Shown here piece after piece: positions 18,001-27,809 of a stretch of DNA of 64,000 nt. Origin of the DNA: an uncultured Clostridia bacterium (GTDB lineage Bacteria > Bacillota > Clostridia > Christensenellales > UBA1242); the NCBI GenBank assembly GCA_934754375.1, contig CAKVHT010000001.1, forward strand, positions 713,548 to 777,547, written 5' to 3'. The translations under genes were made by a program, and so were the position numbers. Numbering within the stretch: position 1 is the first letter of the stretch; every line of letters starts with the position of its first letter. Below the pieces are notes generated by a model. The model did not search any database and was not told where the DNA came from. It worked only from the letters and a program-made list of their open reading frames with translations.

Positions 18001-21000
18001 CTTGTGAAATAGAATTAACCTTACATTCAAGTTTGTTTTGATATCTAAAACCAATCATTGGGTCGTAATATGCTGTGGATTTGTCTGTAGTCAATTCTGT
18101 AACTTTGCTTTGGTCATAAACCTCTACATTTACTGTGCAACCTCTGTAAATAACAATATTTGACAATGTTGCCAGGCTTGATAAATCAATTTTTCTTAAA
18201 TAACCAAGGTCAATGCTTAGTGTTGAATCTAACACGTATATTTTAGTCTCGCCTGATGTGTAATCATATTTAAGCAAATATCTACCTGTTGCAGAATCAA
18301 AGCCAGAACCAACTGCATTGTCTTGTACATTCACGTCTAAGTAACCAACAAAATCTCTATATGTTTTGTTATTTATACTGTAAATCACATCAAAATCAAG
18401 CACGTAAGATTCACGATAGAACACTGGGTATAATGTTGGATTTTGAATATTGTTTTTATCTCCATCAACTTGCCACAATTGGTCAACCTTGTTTGATGTT
18501 GGGTCTTTTATTGTCAAACCAGTAAGCAAATTTGGATGTTGTGAGCCAGTTGCTGGATTATATCTTGAAGTGATATATGCTAATGTTCCGTTTGCACCAT
18601 TATATTTCCATGCAATTTGGTCAAAATATTCTCTTTCAAACACCAAGTTGCCCATTGCCTGATTGTTTGCCAAGAATATGTATCTTGTAGCATTTTCTCC
18701 GTAAACACGTCTCAAATAATATGTTCCGCTTAGAGTTGTGTCACCAATCCCCGCTTGATAGCCTTGCGCCAGATTATAAAGTGTTGACGCAAAGTAATCA
18801 GTTGTGTTTTGCACGTAAGTTGGTGCACACCAATAAGAATAATCAAAATATGGTCCAATCAGGCTATCATTGGTCATAACCATGGTTATGGTTGACTCGT
18901 CTGCTGTAATGTAATCACATTCAGCCAATGTTTCGCTTTCAAGCCCTATTATATTAACCTTATAGATATTGTCTGTTTCATATTTTGATATAGACAAAGT
19001 ATATTTGCCATCACCGTAACTGAAATCTGATGATGGTATATCCAGATAATTCCATTTTACAGCCTGTTTATTTTCGCCTTTGCCAGCATTGTCACAAACA
19101 ACTGGAATACCTGATTTTGTAAGGTAACAAACAATCGTTTTACCAACGCTTGCCCTATTGCCACGATTGATTATGTAGTCCGCATCATATTTTAAAGGTG
19201 TTGTATAGTTTTGGAACTCATAAACAGCCTGCAAATTATCATCATATTTAACAGCTGAAGTCAATTCTATAGTTGCTGCCGACCACACAGGTGTCACTGT
19301 AAATGTTGTTGTTGCAAGAACATAGTCCCCTTGCGTCCAAACATCTAAAGCCCCTGAAAGTGTTGCCAATGCCGTTTGACTAGGAGTTGTCAATGCTTGC
19401 AAAACATTTGCGCTTGTGGTTTGCGATGTTTTTGAGTATTGCCATGCTTTTTTGCCACTATCGTAATATACATAATATGTTAGCCCACCATATTTAAATG
19501 AAATTTCATAGGCTGTTATTTCATAACCGTACTTAAACAAGCCGTATTGTCCAGCATTATCATATAATATAGAATTTTTGGTCTGGTCAAATGTGTAGAA
19601 AGCTGTTCCATCCGAATAAACAAAATCTGCTTTTGAAGCGCCATTTATTATAAATGATTGGAATGAAGATAATTGCTTGTTGCTGGTAATTACACCAGAA
19701 ACATATTTTTCTTCTTTTGCGCCTGAAACTGCTGGCTTATATATTACTGATTTTTGTGCATTATAAACACCTATAGTATAGTCATTGGTCCAACTTGGGA
19801 TTAATGGCATGATATAAGCCTTTTCATAATCAGAAAATGCTTCATTCTTGGTCTTTGGCTCTAATGTATATCCTGCAGTACCAGAAATGCGTGTAACGTT
19901 TTTATAATATGTATTGATATTATCTATTGTTTTAATTTCTTCTTGATAAGTAAATTCAAGCCAAATATTTTCATCATAATCAGCAAAGTATCCCATCGTT
20001 GGTGAACCGTTAAGCCTTAAAGGAATTTTCCATCTTGAAGTATATGTTCCATCTAAGTTTTGCTTTGTTGAGCCTTCCACAAATTCAAAATATGACTTCT
20101 TTAATGCGCCAACATCAACAAGCCAACCATTAAACGTTGAATGCTTTGTGATTGAATTATAATCTTTTTCACCCAACATCGCCTTTAATGTTTCTTCATC
20201 TTGAGGCAAATCCACCCCTTCATAAGATATTACTTCTTTCCTTTTTTTCCCTTGAAGTATAACATCTTGGTAAGTATCGGCCACTGGTGGATATGCTTCA
20301 CTTACATAATAGCCGTTTTCAGAAGCGAATACCCATCCGTTGCTGAGTTGATCATAAAATTTTAACCAGTGGCTTGTTCCGCCTTTTATTGTGTAACCAT
20401 ACATTGCCAAATCGTATTCACACAATTTGTATTTGATTGTAATCTCACCGTTTAAATCAATATTCTCTTTGCTAGTCCAATTCGTATTTATAAGGTCTGT
20501 ACTATTTTGCAATCCAGAATTTATCCCAACGATTGACGATTGATTATAATCTATCGCGTATCCATTTTTAGGATAATGCAATTGTAGTGTTACTTCTTTT
20601 TCTTCCCCTTTGCTTAATGATGGGAATGTAAATGTGCAACTATCTTTAACATAACTAAACTTTTCTTTTCCACCATAAGTCATATAAACTATTTGTTTAG
20701 CACTTCCGTCTTGGTTTGTGATTTTTGAGCTAACACCACCCATTGTTTGCACCCAGTAAACATTATTTTTTGTTGATGTTGTCAGATTCTCTGGAGCATT
20801 AAACTGTAAAGCATATTTTTTGAAAACATTATTCTCTTCTTCCCAATTCTCTTTTTCAGTATAACGCATTGTGACTGTACCGTATGAGTATATTATTGTT
20901 GGAGTGGTATTGATAAATTTGCCAGCACTAATAGCCGAATTTACCACACTTATAGAAGTTCCAAACCAACGACCATAAAGGCTAAATTCTTTTGTTTTTG

Positions 21001-21898
21001 ATATGTGAGGATCACTACTTGAGCCCAATTGGCTTTTTTGCTCAGAAGTCAAAGCTGGAATTTTAAAGGTGCAAAGAGTTACTGTGGTTTTTACCCCAGT
21101 GTTTGTTACATATTCCAAATTGTATCTGATAGTGTCAGTGTCAACAAAACTTCTTAATGTTGGCAATTCGTTATTGTACTTAAAAGGATCTGATGGAGCC
21201 AAATACCACAATGCTTTATTACTATTAGGGGTTTCATCAAGATCTTGTGTAATATTCCAACCCAAATCATCATGGTAAAACGAATATTGGCTTTGATTTT
21301 GTATATCTTCAGTCCATTGTCCTGTTAATATGATGGTATAATTCTTATTACCATCTTGATTTTTATCTGAAAATTTAACATAAATGTGTTTTGTGTATGA
21401 AGAACTCCCATCTGTAGTTGTAGTACTTTCGTAAGTTCTTCTTTCCCAGACAGCGGTCATTTTATAAGTGCTTGAGACATTGTTTGAAGAAAGGCATGTC
21501 CCCAATGGCACATATTTTGCAGTTTTGCCTAGATTAAAAGGGTGGACTGTCAGATTGACAGGGTTATCTCTATCATCAGTAGCTGTATAACCTTTAACAA
21601 CCCATTTAGAACTATCTAATAGGTTGTTGGTATAGTTACCATAAATATTATTGTAAGGTGAAAAAACTAAAGGAGTGGAACCATTCTTAACTTTTACCGT
21701 TACAGTTGACCCGCTCCAATGTTCAGTACCCATATCATATATATAAGTTTGATAAACTGGGTCGGAATTAACAGCATACGCATAATCTAATTGTTGAACA
21801 CTTAGTGTGATAAGCAATGAAGCACAAAAAATTATAAAAGCAAATAAAGTTGCCCATTTTGTTTTTTTATTTTTCTCTTTAACAAAATACATTTGCAC
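15047..21898 (-). CDS. Giant (2283 aa) secreted or cell-surface beta-rich protein, function unknown
   Basis: Uninterrupted 6.85-kb ORF. N-terminal signal peptide (KWATLFAFIIFCASLLITLSVQQLDYAYA|V). Asn/Thr/Tyr/Ser-rich throughout. No LPXTG and no C-terminal TM. Scattered ..GY.....W endings (VVKGYTATDD..TAVWE, FNGWLVD, TVTPVWS) recall Listeria-Bacteroides-type repeats. Confidence 0.9.
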   Translation of the reverse strand: MQMYFVKEKNKKTKWATLFAFIIFCASLLITLSVQQLDYAYAVNSDPVYQTYIYDMGTEHWSGSTVTVKVKNGSTPLVFSPYNNIYGNYTNNLLDSSKWVVKGYTATDDRDNPVNLTVHPFNLGKTAKYVPLGTCLSSNNVSSTYKMTAVWERRTYESTTTTDGSSSYTKHIYVKFSDKNQDGNKNYTIILTGQWTEDIQNQSQYSFYHDDLGWNITQDLDETPNSNKALWYLAPSDPFKYNNELPTLRSFVDTDTIRYNLEYVTNTGVKTTVTLCTFKIPALTSEQKSQLGSSSDPHISKTKEFSLYGRWFGTSISVVNSAISAGKFINTTPTIIYSYGTVTMRYTEKENWEEENNVFKKYALQFNAPENLTTSTKNNVYWVQTMGGVSSKITNQDGSAKQIVYMTYGGKEKFSYVKDSCTFTFPSLSKGEEKEVTLQLHYPKNGYAIDYNQSSIVGINSGLQNSTDLINTNWTSKENIDLNGEITIKYKLCEYDLAMYGYTIKGGTSHWLKFYDQLSNGWVFASENGYYVSEAYPPVADTYQDVILQGKKRKEVISYEGVDLPQDEETLKAMLGEKDYNSITKHSTFNGWLVDVGALKKSYFEFVEGSTKQNLDGTYTSRWKIPLRLNGSPTMGYFADYDENIWLEFTYQEEIKTIDNINTYYKNVTRISGTAGYTLEPKTKNEAFSDYEKAYIMPLIPSWTNDYTIGVYNAQKSVIYKPAVSGAKEEKYVSGVITSNKQLSSFQSFIINGASKADFVYSDGTAFYTFDQTKNSILYDNAGQYGLFKYGYEITAYEISFKYGGLTYYVYYDSGKKAWQYSKTSQTTSANVLQALTTPSQTALATLSGALDVWTQGDYVLATTTFTVTPVWSAATIELTSAVKYDDNLQAVYEFQNYTTPLKYDADYIINRGNRASVGKTIVCYLTKSGIPVVCDNAGKGENKQAVKWNYLDIPSSDFSYGDGKYTLSISKYETDNIYKVNIIGLESETLAECDYITADESTITMVMTNDSLIGPYFDYSYWCAPTYVQNTTDYFASTLYNLAQGYQAGIGDTTLSGTYYLRRVYGENATRYIFLANNQAMGNLVFEREYFDQIAWKYNGANGTLAYITSRYNPATGSQHPNLLTGLTIKDPTSNKVDQLWQVDGDKNNIQNPTLYPVFYRESYVLDFDVIYSINNKTYRDFVGYLDVNVQDNAVGSGFDSATGRYLLKYDYTSGETKIYVLDSTLSIDLGYLRKIDLSSLATLSNIVIYRGCTVNVEVYDQSKVTELTTDKSTAYYDPMIGFRYQNKLECKVNSISQVAKTSYSYLITFDTNTDVGAKTKLNNLLLTDIELETGSKIDISIVYDRIGYSTIMSMTNQSAGMMEIARQGYSKRTTAQPYTVTNLKRDEKVELFYYAYTGYGLAEKDFTTNGTLLQSYDLSGELINRTTAKERQTYYLNLSGFWLRKYFYTTGNYSVEASQQLGDIDINIILLDFDIYYSIFNQGSTTDTLDNYLQETEWNLNKGTHTLELPASTVLDANDSVVYCYMYNDKPYAFLNSWGYQPKSVASKTLYPCEYNFLLKDLPVNTYNITTDDLFNMVETDRGIIVPKSQRYFSFAFEVAEMHKITLAIVPGVNDTNCTTRTLTVANGNNYNAVTLSAESEHIGSQTTFIYTYNGLENAITATFNSKYYTGVNFTNQNGSTITSPVKTYEDMTIYANFVPVELPVNLVFTYRGEQIDQSTISTYLTDWLLMVNHGSLNNLQNNPQTGNVVTNDEISISYTLKEIYDLIIYVNDDSARLDSLNKIYIKNSDYEIGAINIRVEIVDRKQGQITLVVAGDSSNGAVFHSTDNTLLSTFASLNINGNDVGKQGSFIMGYTVSIQINNVPVGYRYVGVKKDYGNIDSKYVKQANGRIVITDGNNLSGLSEDVFVSSIAGTYTVVFQKVLIDTEMVLLPRNLDNYTYQSNGATAGYIAGKLKLQKMSSVNDTLTMLRKKSLKNEELVYYYYTDSKGEHRITGSTLTITNSMISSLQGSTNDGSKLLKIYVSSILKFNVTVNVEEASAKYIDKIKVNDATLSGNTKFESDYYLENSTATLKITSILPSKYTIVLSGDATATGTEINQTFALVANKTFNVKVLKNGYSLSVEEKLFDDIIKLNLNTPATLTGSDVINPGIDGKSFAYDDQTKVAFKQFQGSGEDKKQLTSLKFTDNETLSFTFNCDMQSTNLPSCFKVENMAGEAITNYTAEFDKDNANQINLSITINGQTYQFTIALNVDGDIEFGFVGKANSSLTLTYTIYKLLTNA

Positions 21899-22158
21899 CC
21901 CTACAATTAAACATAGTTTAACACAAACGACTTCTTTTTACAAATAATTACAAATATTTTTTGATAATAATTTGCAAAGCGATACGACCAGTAATTTGCA
22001 CAAAAATCAAAAATTAATATTAAATTATAAAAATATCTTCAATAAAATATTACAAAATAACCTATAAATAACCACATTGCAAAATTCACAAATCCGCTAA
22101 AAATCATAAAAAAATCACAAAATATTAATTTTTTTTAATAATTTTCGTGATTTTTTTT

Positions 22159-22191
22159 ACATTTTTATAACATTTTTATAACATTTTTATT
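22159..22191. repeat. 11-bp tandem repeat x3 (acatttttata) upstream of the giant gene
   Basis: Units at 22159-22169, 22170-22180 and 22181-22191. The T-tracts are phased at one helical turn. Confidence 0.9.
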
Positions 22192-22304
22192 AATTTTTTA
22201 CAATTTTCATATATTGATTATTTTAGCACAAACTAAAATAAAACCTTTTTTTACTGAGATATCAATACCATGCAACAAAGTTTTGCAACATAACACATTA
22301 AAAT

Positions 22305-23390
22305 TTATTTTATCAACTCGTTAATTCTGCCACCACCATAACACATACCATCTTCAGCATACAAAACCGCAAACTGCCCAATTGTAACAGCTCGTTGGTG
22401 TTTATCAAAAGTTAATTTCAAACTGTGTTCATCAATCAATTCAACCAAAACATTTTGATCAGGTTGCCTATATCTTAATTTAACTCCACATTTAAAATCG
22501 TTTGTAGGAACATCTGTTATCCAGTTGAAGTCTGTAACTATGCAACCCGAACTAAACATCTCTTCACATTCTCCGCAGTTTACATACAAAGTGTTTGTTT
22601 TAACATCTTTTTTAACAACAAACCATCTATCAGCATCATAACCATTTTTACCACCAATATTCAACCCCCTGCGTTGACCTATTGTGTAATACATTACGCC
22701 ATCATGTCTGCCAACAACATTCCCTTGCAAATCTTTAATATCGCCAGGCTGAGCAGGAAGGAATGATTTTAAAAATTGTCTAAAATTCCTTTCTCCAATA
22801 AAGCAAATACCTGTACTATCTTTCTTTTCAGCTGTGCTTAAACCAAGTTTTTTTGCAATCGCTCTAACTTCCGTTTTATCAATATCCGCAAGTGGGAAAA
22901 GTGTACGTTCAAGTTGTGACTGATTAAGTTGATTTAAAAAATATGTTTGGTCTTTATTTTTGTCATGAGACTTATACAAATAGACTTTGCCGTCTTTATC
23001 CACTCGTTTGCAATAATGACCTGTGGCAATATAATCAGCACCAAGTTCTAGTGCATGTTTCAAAAATGGTCCAAACTTAATCTCTTTATTGCACATCACA
23101 TCTGGATTTGGTGTATATCCTTTTTCATACTCTTCCAAAAAATAGCTGAACACTCTATCCTTGTATTCTTTTGCATAGTTGACAGTATAGTAAGGAATAC
23201 CTATTTTGTTTGCAACACGTTTTACATCTTCAAAATCTTGCTCTGCAGTGCAATTGCCCTTATCGTCAGTTTCTTCCCAATTAAGCATAAAAAGCCCAAT
23301 GACATTATATCCCTGTTGTTTAAGCAAATAAGCAGCAACAGAACTATCAACACCACCAGACAACCCCACAACAACTGTTTTATTTTCCAT
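22305..23390 (-). CDS. mnmA: tRNA 2-thiouridine(34) synthase MnmA
   Basis: VVVGLSGGVDSSVAAYLL PP-loop and ..ATGHYCR.. Typical 361-aa length. Confidence 0.93.
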   Translation of the reverse strand: MENKTVVVGLSGGVDSSVAAYLLKQQGYNVIGLFMLNWEETDDKGNCTAEQDFEDVKRVANKIGIPYYTVNYAKEYKDRVFSYFLEEYEKGYTPNPDVMCNKEIKFGPFLKHALELGADYIATGHYCKRVDKDGKVYLYKSHDKNKDQTYFLNQLNQSQLERTLFPLADIDKTEVRAIAKKLGLSTAEKKDSTGICFIGERNFRQFLKSFLPAQPGDIKDLQGNVVGRHDGVMYYTIGQRRGLNIGGKNGYDADRWFVVKKDVKTNTLYVNCGECEEMFSSGCIVTDFNWITDVPTNDFKCGVKLRYRQPDQNVLVELIDEHSLKLTFDKHQRAVTIGQFAVLYAEDGMCYGGGRINELIK

Positions 23391-23522
23391 ATTTTCTCCC
23401 TTGCCAAATATTTATAAAAGCAAATTATCTTTAATATTTTTAATAAAATCATTATAAATACCACAAATTTTAATAAAAAACTTAATTTTTAATGATTTTA
23501 ATTTATTTTTGCTAAACCAAAT

Positions 23523-23987
23523 CTATACACTAACTGGTATTTTATATTTGTTCAATATTATATTTATTATATCAAATAACCACATAACTAAAACCGCACC
23601 CCATATTAATACCAATATAGAAATTATCTCATAAAGCCAGCCCGTGATTGTCGCTTTAAACACAACTGATAAGATAGAATTCATCAAGCCAAACAAAAAG
23701 AAAATCGTGCAAAACAACCCCCTTCCAGTTCTGCCAACATAGTAATTGTGTCCGCCTGCAAAACCTAAAAAGATAGCCATCAATAAAAGTTTTGTTTTAT
23801 TGACATCTTTAGGACAACCATTCCTATATAAAACATCTTCTTTTCTTCCTTCACTCAACGCAATCTTGCCTGCCTTGTTTGTTGCTGATTCAAACTTTGA
23901 AAAATTAAGTTCACAGCCTGGGCACACTTTCGCACCAATAGGCATTTTCAAATTGCATCTAGGACATTTTTTATTCAATTTAGCCAT
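23523..23987 (-). CDS. Zinc-ribbon plus TM2-domain membrane protein
   Basis: CPRCNLKMPIGAKVCPGC ribbon, then the TM2-type segment LLLMAIFLGFAGGHNYYVGRTGRG. Confidence 0.75.
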   Translation of the reverse strand: MAKLNKKCPRCNLKMPIGAKVCPGCELNFSKFESATNKAGKIALSEGRKEDVLYRNGCPKDVNKTKLLLMAIFLGFAGGHNYYVGRTGRGLFCTIFFLFGLMNSILSVVFKATITGWLYEIISILVLIWGAVLVMWLFDIINIILNKYKIPVSV

Positions 23988-24159
23988 ATCTTTATAGTAT
24001 CACAATAAATCAATTTTGTAAATAAAATGATTTGTTCATTTTAGTTTCTGTTACGCATTCCCCACAGATTCAACAAATTTTAACCTAAATATTTAAATCA
24101 CTAGATTTTTTTTGATTTTTTATTTAAAATAAAATTATAAAAGTTTTTAAGGAGAGATT

Positions 24160-24582
24160 ATGATTATATTGTCATGTGACCATGCGGGTTTTGATGCCAT
24201 GCAAAAAATTGCCCATTATTTTGACACAAAGAAGATTGAATATAAATATATGGGGCCAGCCAAATTTGACAAAGATGATGATTATCCAGATTTGATAGCA
24301 CCCGCCACTCAAGAAGTCTTGAAAAACACAGATAATTGTGGAATATTTTTATGCGGTTCAGGTGTCGGCGCAAACATCGTTGCCAATAGACAAAAAGGCA
24401 TAAGGGCTGTTAATGCTTATGATTGCGCAATCGCATATTTAGCAAGGAAAGATGAAGATGCAAATGTTTTAACAATGGGCGCAAGATTGTTAAGCACAAG
24501 AGCCATGATAAAAATCATAAAAGTATTTTTAACAAGCGAATTTGAAGGCGGAAGACACGCAAGAAGAATTGCAAAATATTAA
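24160..24582 (+). CDS. rpiB: Ribose-5-phosphate isomerase B (RpiB/LacA/LacB family)
   Basis: MIILSCDHAGF... and LCGSGVGANIVANRQKGIRA are characteristic. 140 aa. GGAGAG SD. Confidence 0.88.
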   Translation: MIILSCDHAGFDAMQKIAHYFDTKKIEYKYMGPAKFDKDDDYPDLIAPATQEVLKNTDNCGIFLCGSGVGANIVANRQKGIRAVNAYDCAIAYLARKDEDANVLTMGARLLSTRAMIKIIKVFLTSEFEGGRHARRIAKY

Positions 24583-24903
24583 AAAATAATAAAAAATGAT
24601 TTAAACAAAAACACAAATATAAATTATCAACCTTAATACAAATAAAAAATATTTGCTAAAATAAAAAATCATTCACTAATAAAAAATACAATTTCACACT
24701 AAACATAATAAGAAAAAATTTACCAAATAACATGGTGGATTTTTTATTTTAATATGGAATATAAATTTAGTACAAATAAAATAAAAATTTATTATTAAAT
24801 TATTTGTAAATTGATTATTAATTAATAATTAATTAAAAAATAAATAAATATTGATAAAAAATCATTAAATATTAATTTTTTTTATTAAATTAAAAAATAT
24901 TTT

Positions 24904-25788
24904 TTAAAATTTTGGTGTGTACTTACTATCCGCACTTGATAAATATTGTGTGTAGCAATTCATCATTCCAAGGTTGACTGCATGACTCACAACACGTTTG
25001 TATTCAATAGGTGTCAGTTTACGATTTATTTCTGGATAGTCTTTTGCCTGATACTGTGGTTCATATTGGCTCATTAAACTCACAATGCAATCTGTACCAA
25101 CTTCTTTTGCAACAAAATCCAAGCACTTAATACTATCATCAGTATGGGTTGGTAAAATTAAATGACGAATTATCACACCTTTTTTCATAAGTCCATTTTC
25201 AAAAATATTTTTTGGTTGCTGGCTCACCATTTCTTTTATCACTGCTTGATTGTTCTTTACATAATTTGGAGCTTTGCTATATTTTGACGCCAAATCATCT
25301 GATGCATATTTTAAGTCAACCAGATAAATATCAATTAGACCTCTCAACCTTTTTATTGTTTCAACAGTTTCATACCCACCGCTGTTCCAAACAACAGGTA
25401 TTTTAGGTTTATATGTTTTTAATGCTTCAATTATTTGTTCAGTGAAATGTGTTGGTGTAACCAGATTTATATTCAATGCTCCTGCCTGCTCCAATTGCTT
25501 AACTATACCCACTAAATCTGCTATAGTTTTATACTCACCTTTATTTAAATGACTTATCTCATAATTTTGACAAAACACGCACTTGAGATTACACCCCGCA
25601 AAGAATATAGCACCGCTCCCCTTATCTGATTCTGCCCCACTGATGCACGGCTCTTCATAATGATGCAACATAACTTTACTGATTTTTAATGTGTCAGTCT
25701 GCATGCAAAAACCTGCCAGTTTTGTTCTATCAACATTGCACTGACGCGGACATATATTGCATTTGTTTGATTTTAAGGCTTTTTGCAT
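24904..25788 (-). CDS. Radical SAM protein, PflX-like (putative pyruvate formate-lyase activase family)
   Basis: CNLKCVFCQN (CX3CX2C) cluster motif and an N-terminal CNICPRQCNVDR. Confidence 0.8.
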   Translation of the reverse strand: MQKALKSNKCNICPRQCNVDRTKLAGFCMQTDTLKISKVMLHHYEEPCISGAESDKGSGAIFFAGCNLKCVFCQNYEISHLNKGEYKTIADLVGIVKQLEQAGALNINLVTPTHFTEQIIEALKTYKPKIPVVWNSGGYETVETIKRLRGLIDIYLVDLKYASDDLASKYSKAPNYVKNNQAVIKEMVSQQPKNIFENGLMKKGVIIRHLILPTHTDDSIKCLDFVAKEVGTDCIVSLMSQYEPQYQAKDYPEINRKLTPIEYKRVVSHAVNLGMMNCYTQYLSSADSKYTPKF

Positions 25789-25877
25789 GATTAAATATTA
25801 GTTCCAAATCAAGATTTTGTCAATCAATGTTCTACCAATGTGGACAAGCAAATATAATATAATGAGGTGACAAAATA

Positions 25878-26561
25878 ATGAAAAAGAAAATATTAATTTT
25901 ATTGCTTGCAATTTTCTGTATTGGCTTAACTGCTTGCGGTAGCAAAAATTTTGATTTGTCCAATTATTTAATTGAAGAAAGACAAAACTTATACACAGCT
26001 CAAGATGACCTTTACACAACAACTTTCAGTTCTGGTATGCGTGAAGAAAATTATGCATTTGATGGAATAAAAAACAATATGGTTGAATTTGGCATTGTAA
26101 GCATCTCAAGGCTAGACTCTGCACCAATGAGCAACGACACGTACGCATACACTGTTAAAATCAACGACCAAACTTACACTGGCGAACTTAAAAAAAGTGA
26201 AACAGACAATTCTTATTCAGCAGATATTCAAGCTATCGCCCCAACAGACGCAACAGTAAGTGTTCAAATAATATTCACCGGCTACAGTTTCAACAAAGAA
26301 ATGGTTAATTGCTCTTCAAACTTCACTGTGGACAAATCTTCAGCTTTAAAAATTGCCAACAGCAATTTAAAACAAAATGCGTGTGAACTATTATCTGACA
26401 AAAACACAAAGATAGAAGCAGTAATGAAAATCGTAAAAGATAGCGCAAACACTGAAACAAACAATTACTATTGGTACGTTGGCATCATATCCACAAATGG
26501 CGATGTCCTTGGTGTTTTGATTGATAGTGCAAATGGCAATATCATAGCAAAAAAAGTTTAG
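25878..26561 (+). CDS. Lipoprotein with a PepSY-like C-terminus (function unknown)
   Basis: Lipobox LLLAIFCIGLTAC. The C-terminal YYWYVGIISTNGDVLGVLIDSANGNIIAKK resembles PepSY. Confidence 0.75.
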   Translation: MKKKILILLLAIFCIGLTACGSKNFDLSNYLIEERQNLYTAQDDLYTTTFSSGMREENYAFDGIKNNMVEFGIVSISRLDSAPMSNDTYAYTVKINDQTYTGELKKSETDNSYSADIQAIAPTDATVSVQIIFTGYSFNKEMVNCSSNFTVDKSSALKIANSNLKQNACELLSDKNTKIEAVMKIVKDSANTETNNYYWYVGIISTNGDVLGVLIDSANGNIIAKKV

Positions 26562-26627
26562 CAGGTGCTAAACTTTTTTTATCTCTAAATGTAAAAATTT
26601 AAACAATATTTTTTAACTTCTACACAT

Positions 26628-27047
26628 CTAACCATTAATAACTTTTTCAACAATATCTTTATTATCATCAATCAAATTGAAAGCATCAATCATAGCCTCG
26701 TCTATGTTGCCAGTTTGCAAAAAATCTTTACACTTGTTTACAAAATTTATCCCATCATATCTAAATAATCTTAAATTGTCTGGGGCGATTTTTAATGACA
26801 AATTTAAAATATCGCTAACAGCTTGCCCCATTGCGTCAGAATAAAAATCAAAGAAACGATTATGCCTATTATACATGTTTTTGATACCAATTGCTTTACA
26901 AATCCTAATCACACAAATTTCTTTGATTTGTTTTATATATTCAGTTTCGGTTAATGCAGGTTTATCAATTTGGAAAAAATCACAAATCTTCAAAATGTTT
27001 TTTTCTTGCTCATCATAACGAGAGTTGTTCGTAACACATAAGTTCAT
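26628..27047 (-). CDS. Hypothetical protein
   Basis: GAGGAAA SD 8 nt before the ATG at 27047 (MNLCVTNNSRYDEQ). The track start at 27110 has no SD. Confidence 0.55.
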   Translation of the reverse strand: MNLCVTNNSRYDEQEKNILKICDFFQIDKPALTETEYIKQIKEICVIRICKAIGIKNMYNRHNRFFDFYSDAMGQAVSDILNLSLKIAPDNLRLFRYDGINFVNKCKDFLQTGNIDEAMIDAFNLIDDNKDIVEKVING

Positions 27048-27115
27048 ATCTTTTGTTTCCTCAAAAACAATATAATATATTTTTGTACAAAAGTCAACGT
27101 TTTTGTACAAAAAAG

Positions 27116-27457
27116 TTAGATATTTGAAACTTTGGCAAATTCTTGATGTTCTTGTTCATATCTCAATTTCATTTCTTTGTACTTTTCACTCAAATCAAAT
27201 ATGTATTTTTGCTTACCTTCCAATGTAAGAGTGTTGTAATATTTATTGTCAATAAGCTCTTTGATTGGATTGATAACAATTGTATCACTATCCAAAATCC
27301 TGCACACACGCTCATAAAGATTATGTTCCTTTTCGCTTAGCCCAATTTTTGCATAAGGTAATTGCTCAAAAACTGATTTCTCCCTGTTATAATTTCTCAT
27401 TCTGCTTTTAGCATCTCTCGCCATAAAATATAACTTGCCTTTGATTTTCTTTCTCAT
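27116..27457 (-). CDS. Hypothetical protein (basic N-terminus)
   Basis: 113-aa ORF immediately upstream of the 26628 gene. I recognise no family. Confidence 0.55.
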   Translation of the reverse strand: MRKKIKGKLYFMARDAKSRMRNYNREKSVFEQLPYAKIGLSEKEHNLYERVCRILDSDTIVINPIKELIDNKYYNTLTLEGKQKYIFDLSEKYKEMKLRYEQEHQEFAKVSNI

Positions 27458-27777
27458 AAAATCCCCCTTAAATAAAAACTATTTAAAAACAAAACCATAC
27501 TACTAAAAACACAAAACTATACAAAATCTTTTATATTAAAATTATTGTCGTATTTACGTTAATTGCGCTATTTAAACTTAATTTTGTCGATTTTTATTTT
27601 TAAACGATTTGATTTGAATGGTTGTTTAATTAAAACATGATTATATTATCATTGCAACTATTTTATTGGTTTCAAAAAAAACATGGTGAATAACCATGCC
27701 TTACATTTTAAAATTCTTTATGTAGTAAATAAATTTGTTTCACTAACACACACAAATATGATTTGTTATTAAACATA

Positions 27778-27803
27778 ACAAAAAAGCAGGCATAAACCTG
27801 CTT
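27778..27803 (-). terminator. Intrinsic terminator
   Basis: AGCAGG-tttatg-CCTGCT followed by TTTTT on the minus strand, directly after the stop at 27810. Confidence 0.7.
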
Positions 27804-27809
27804 TGTTTA

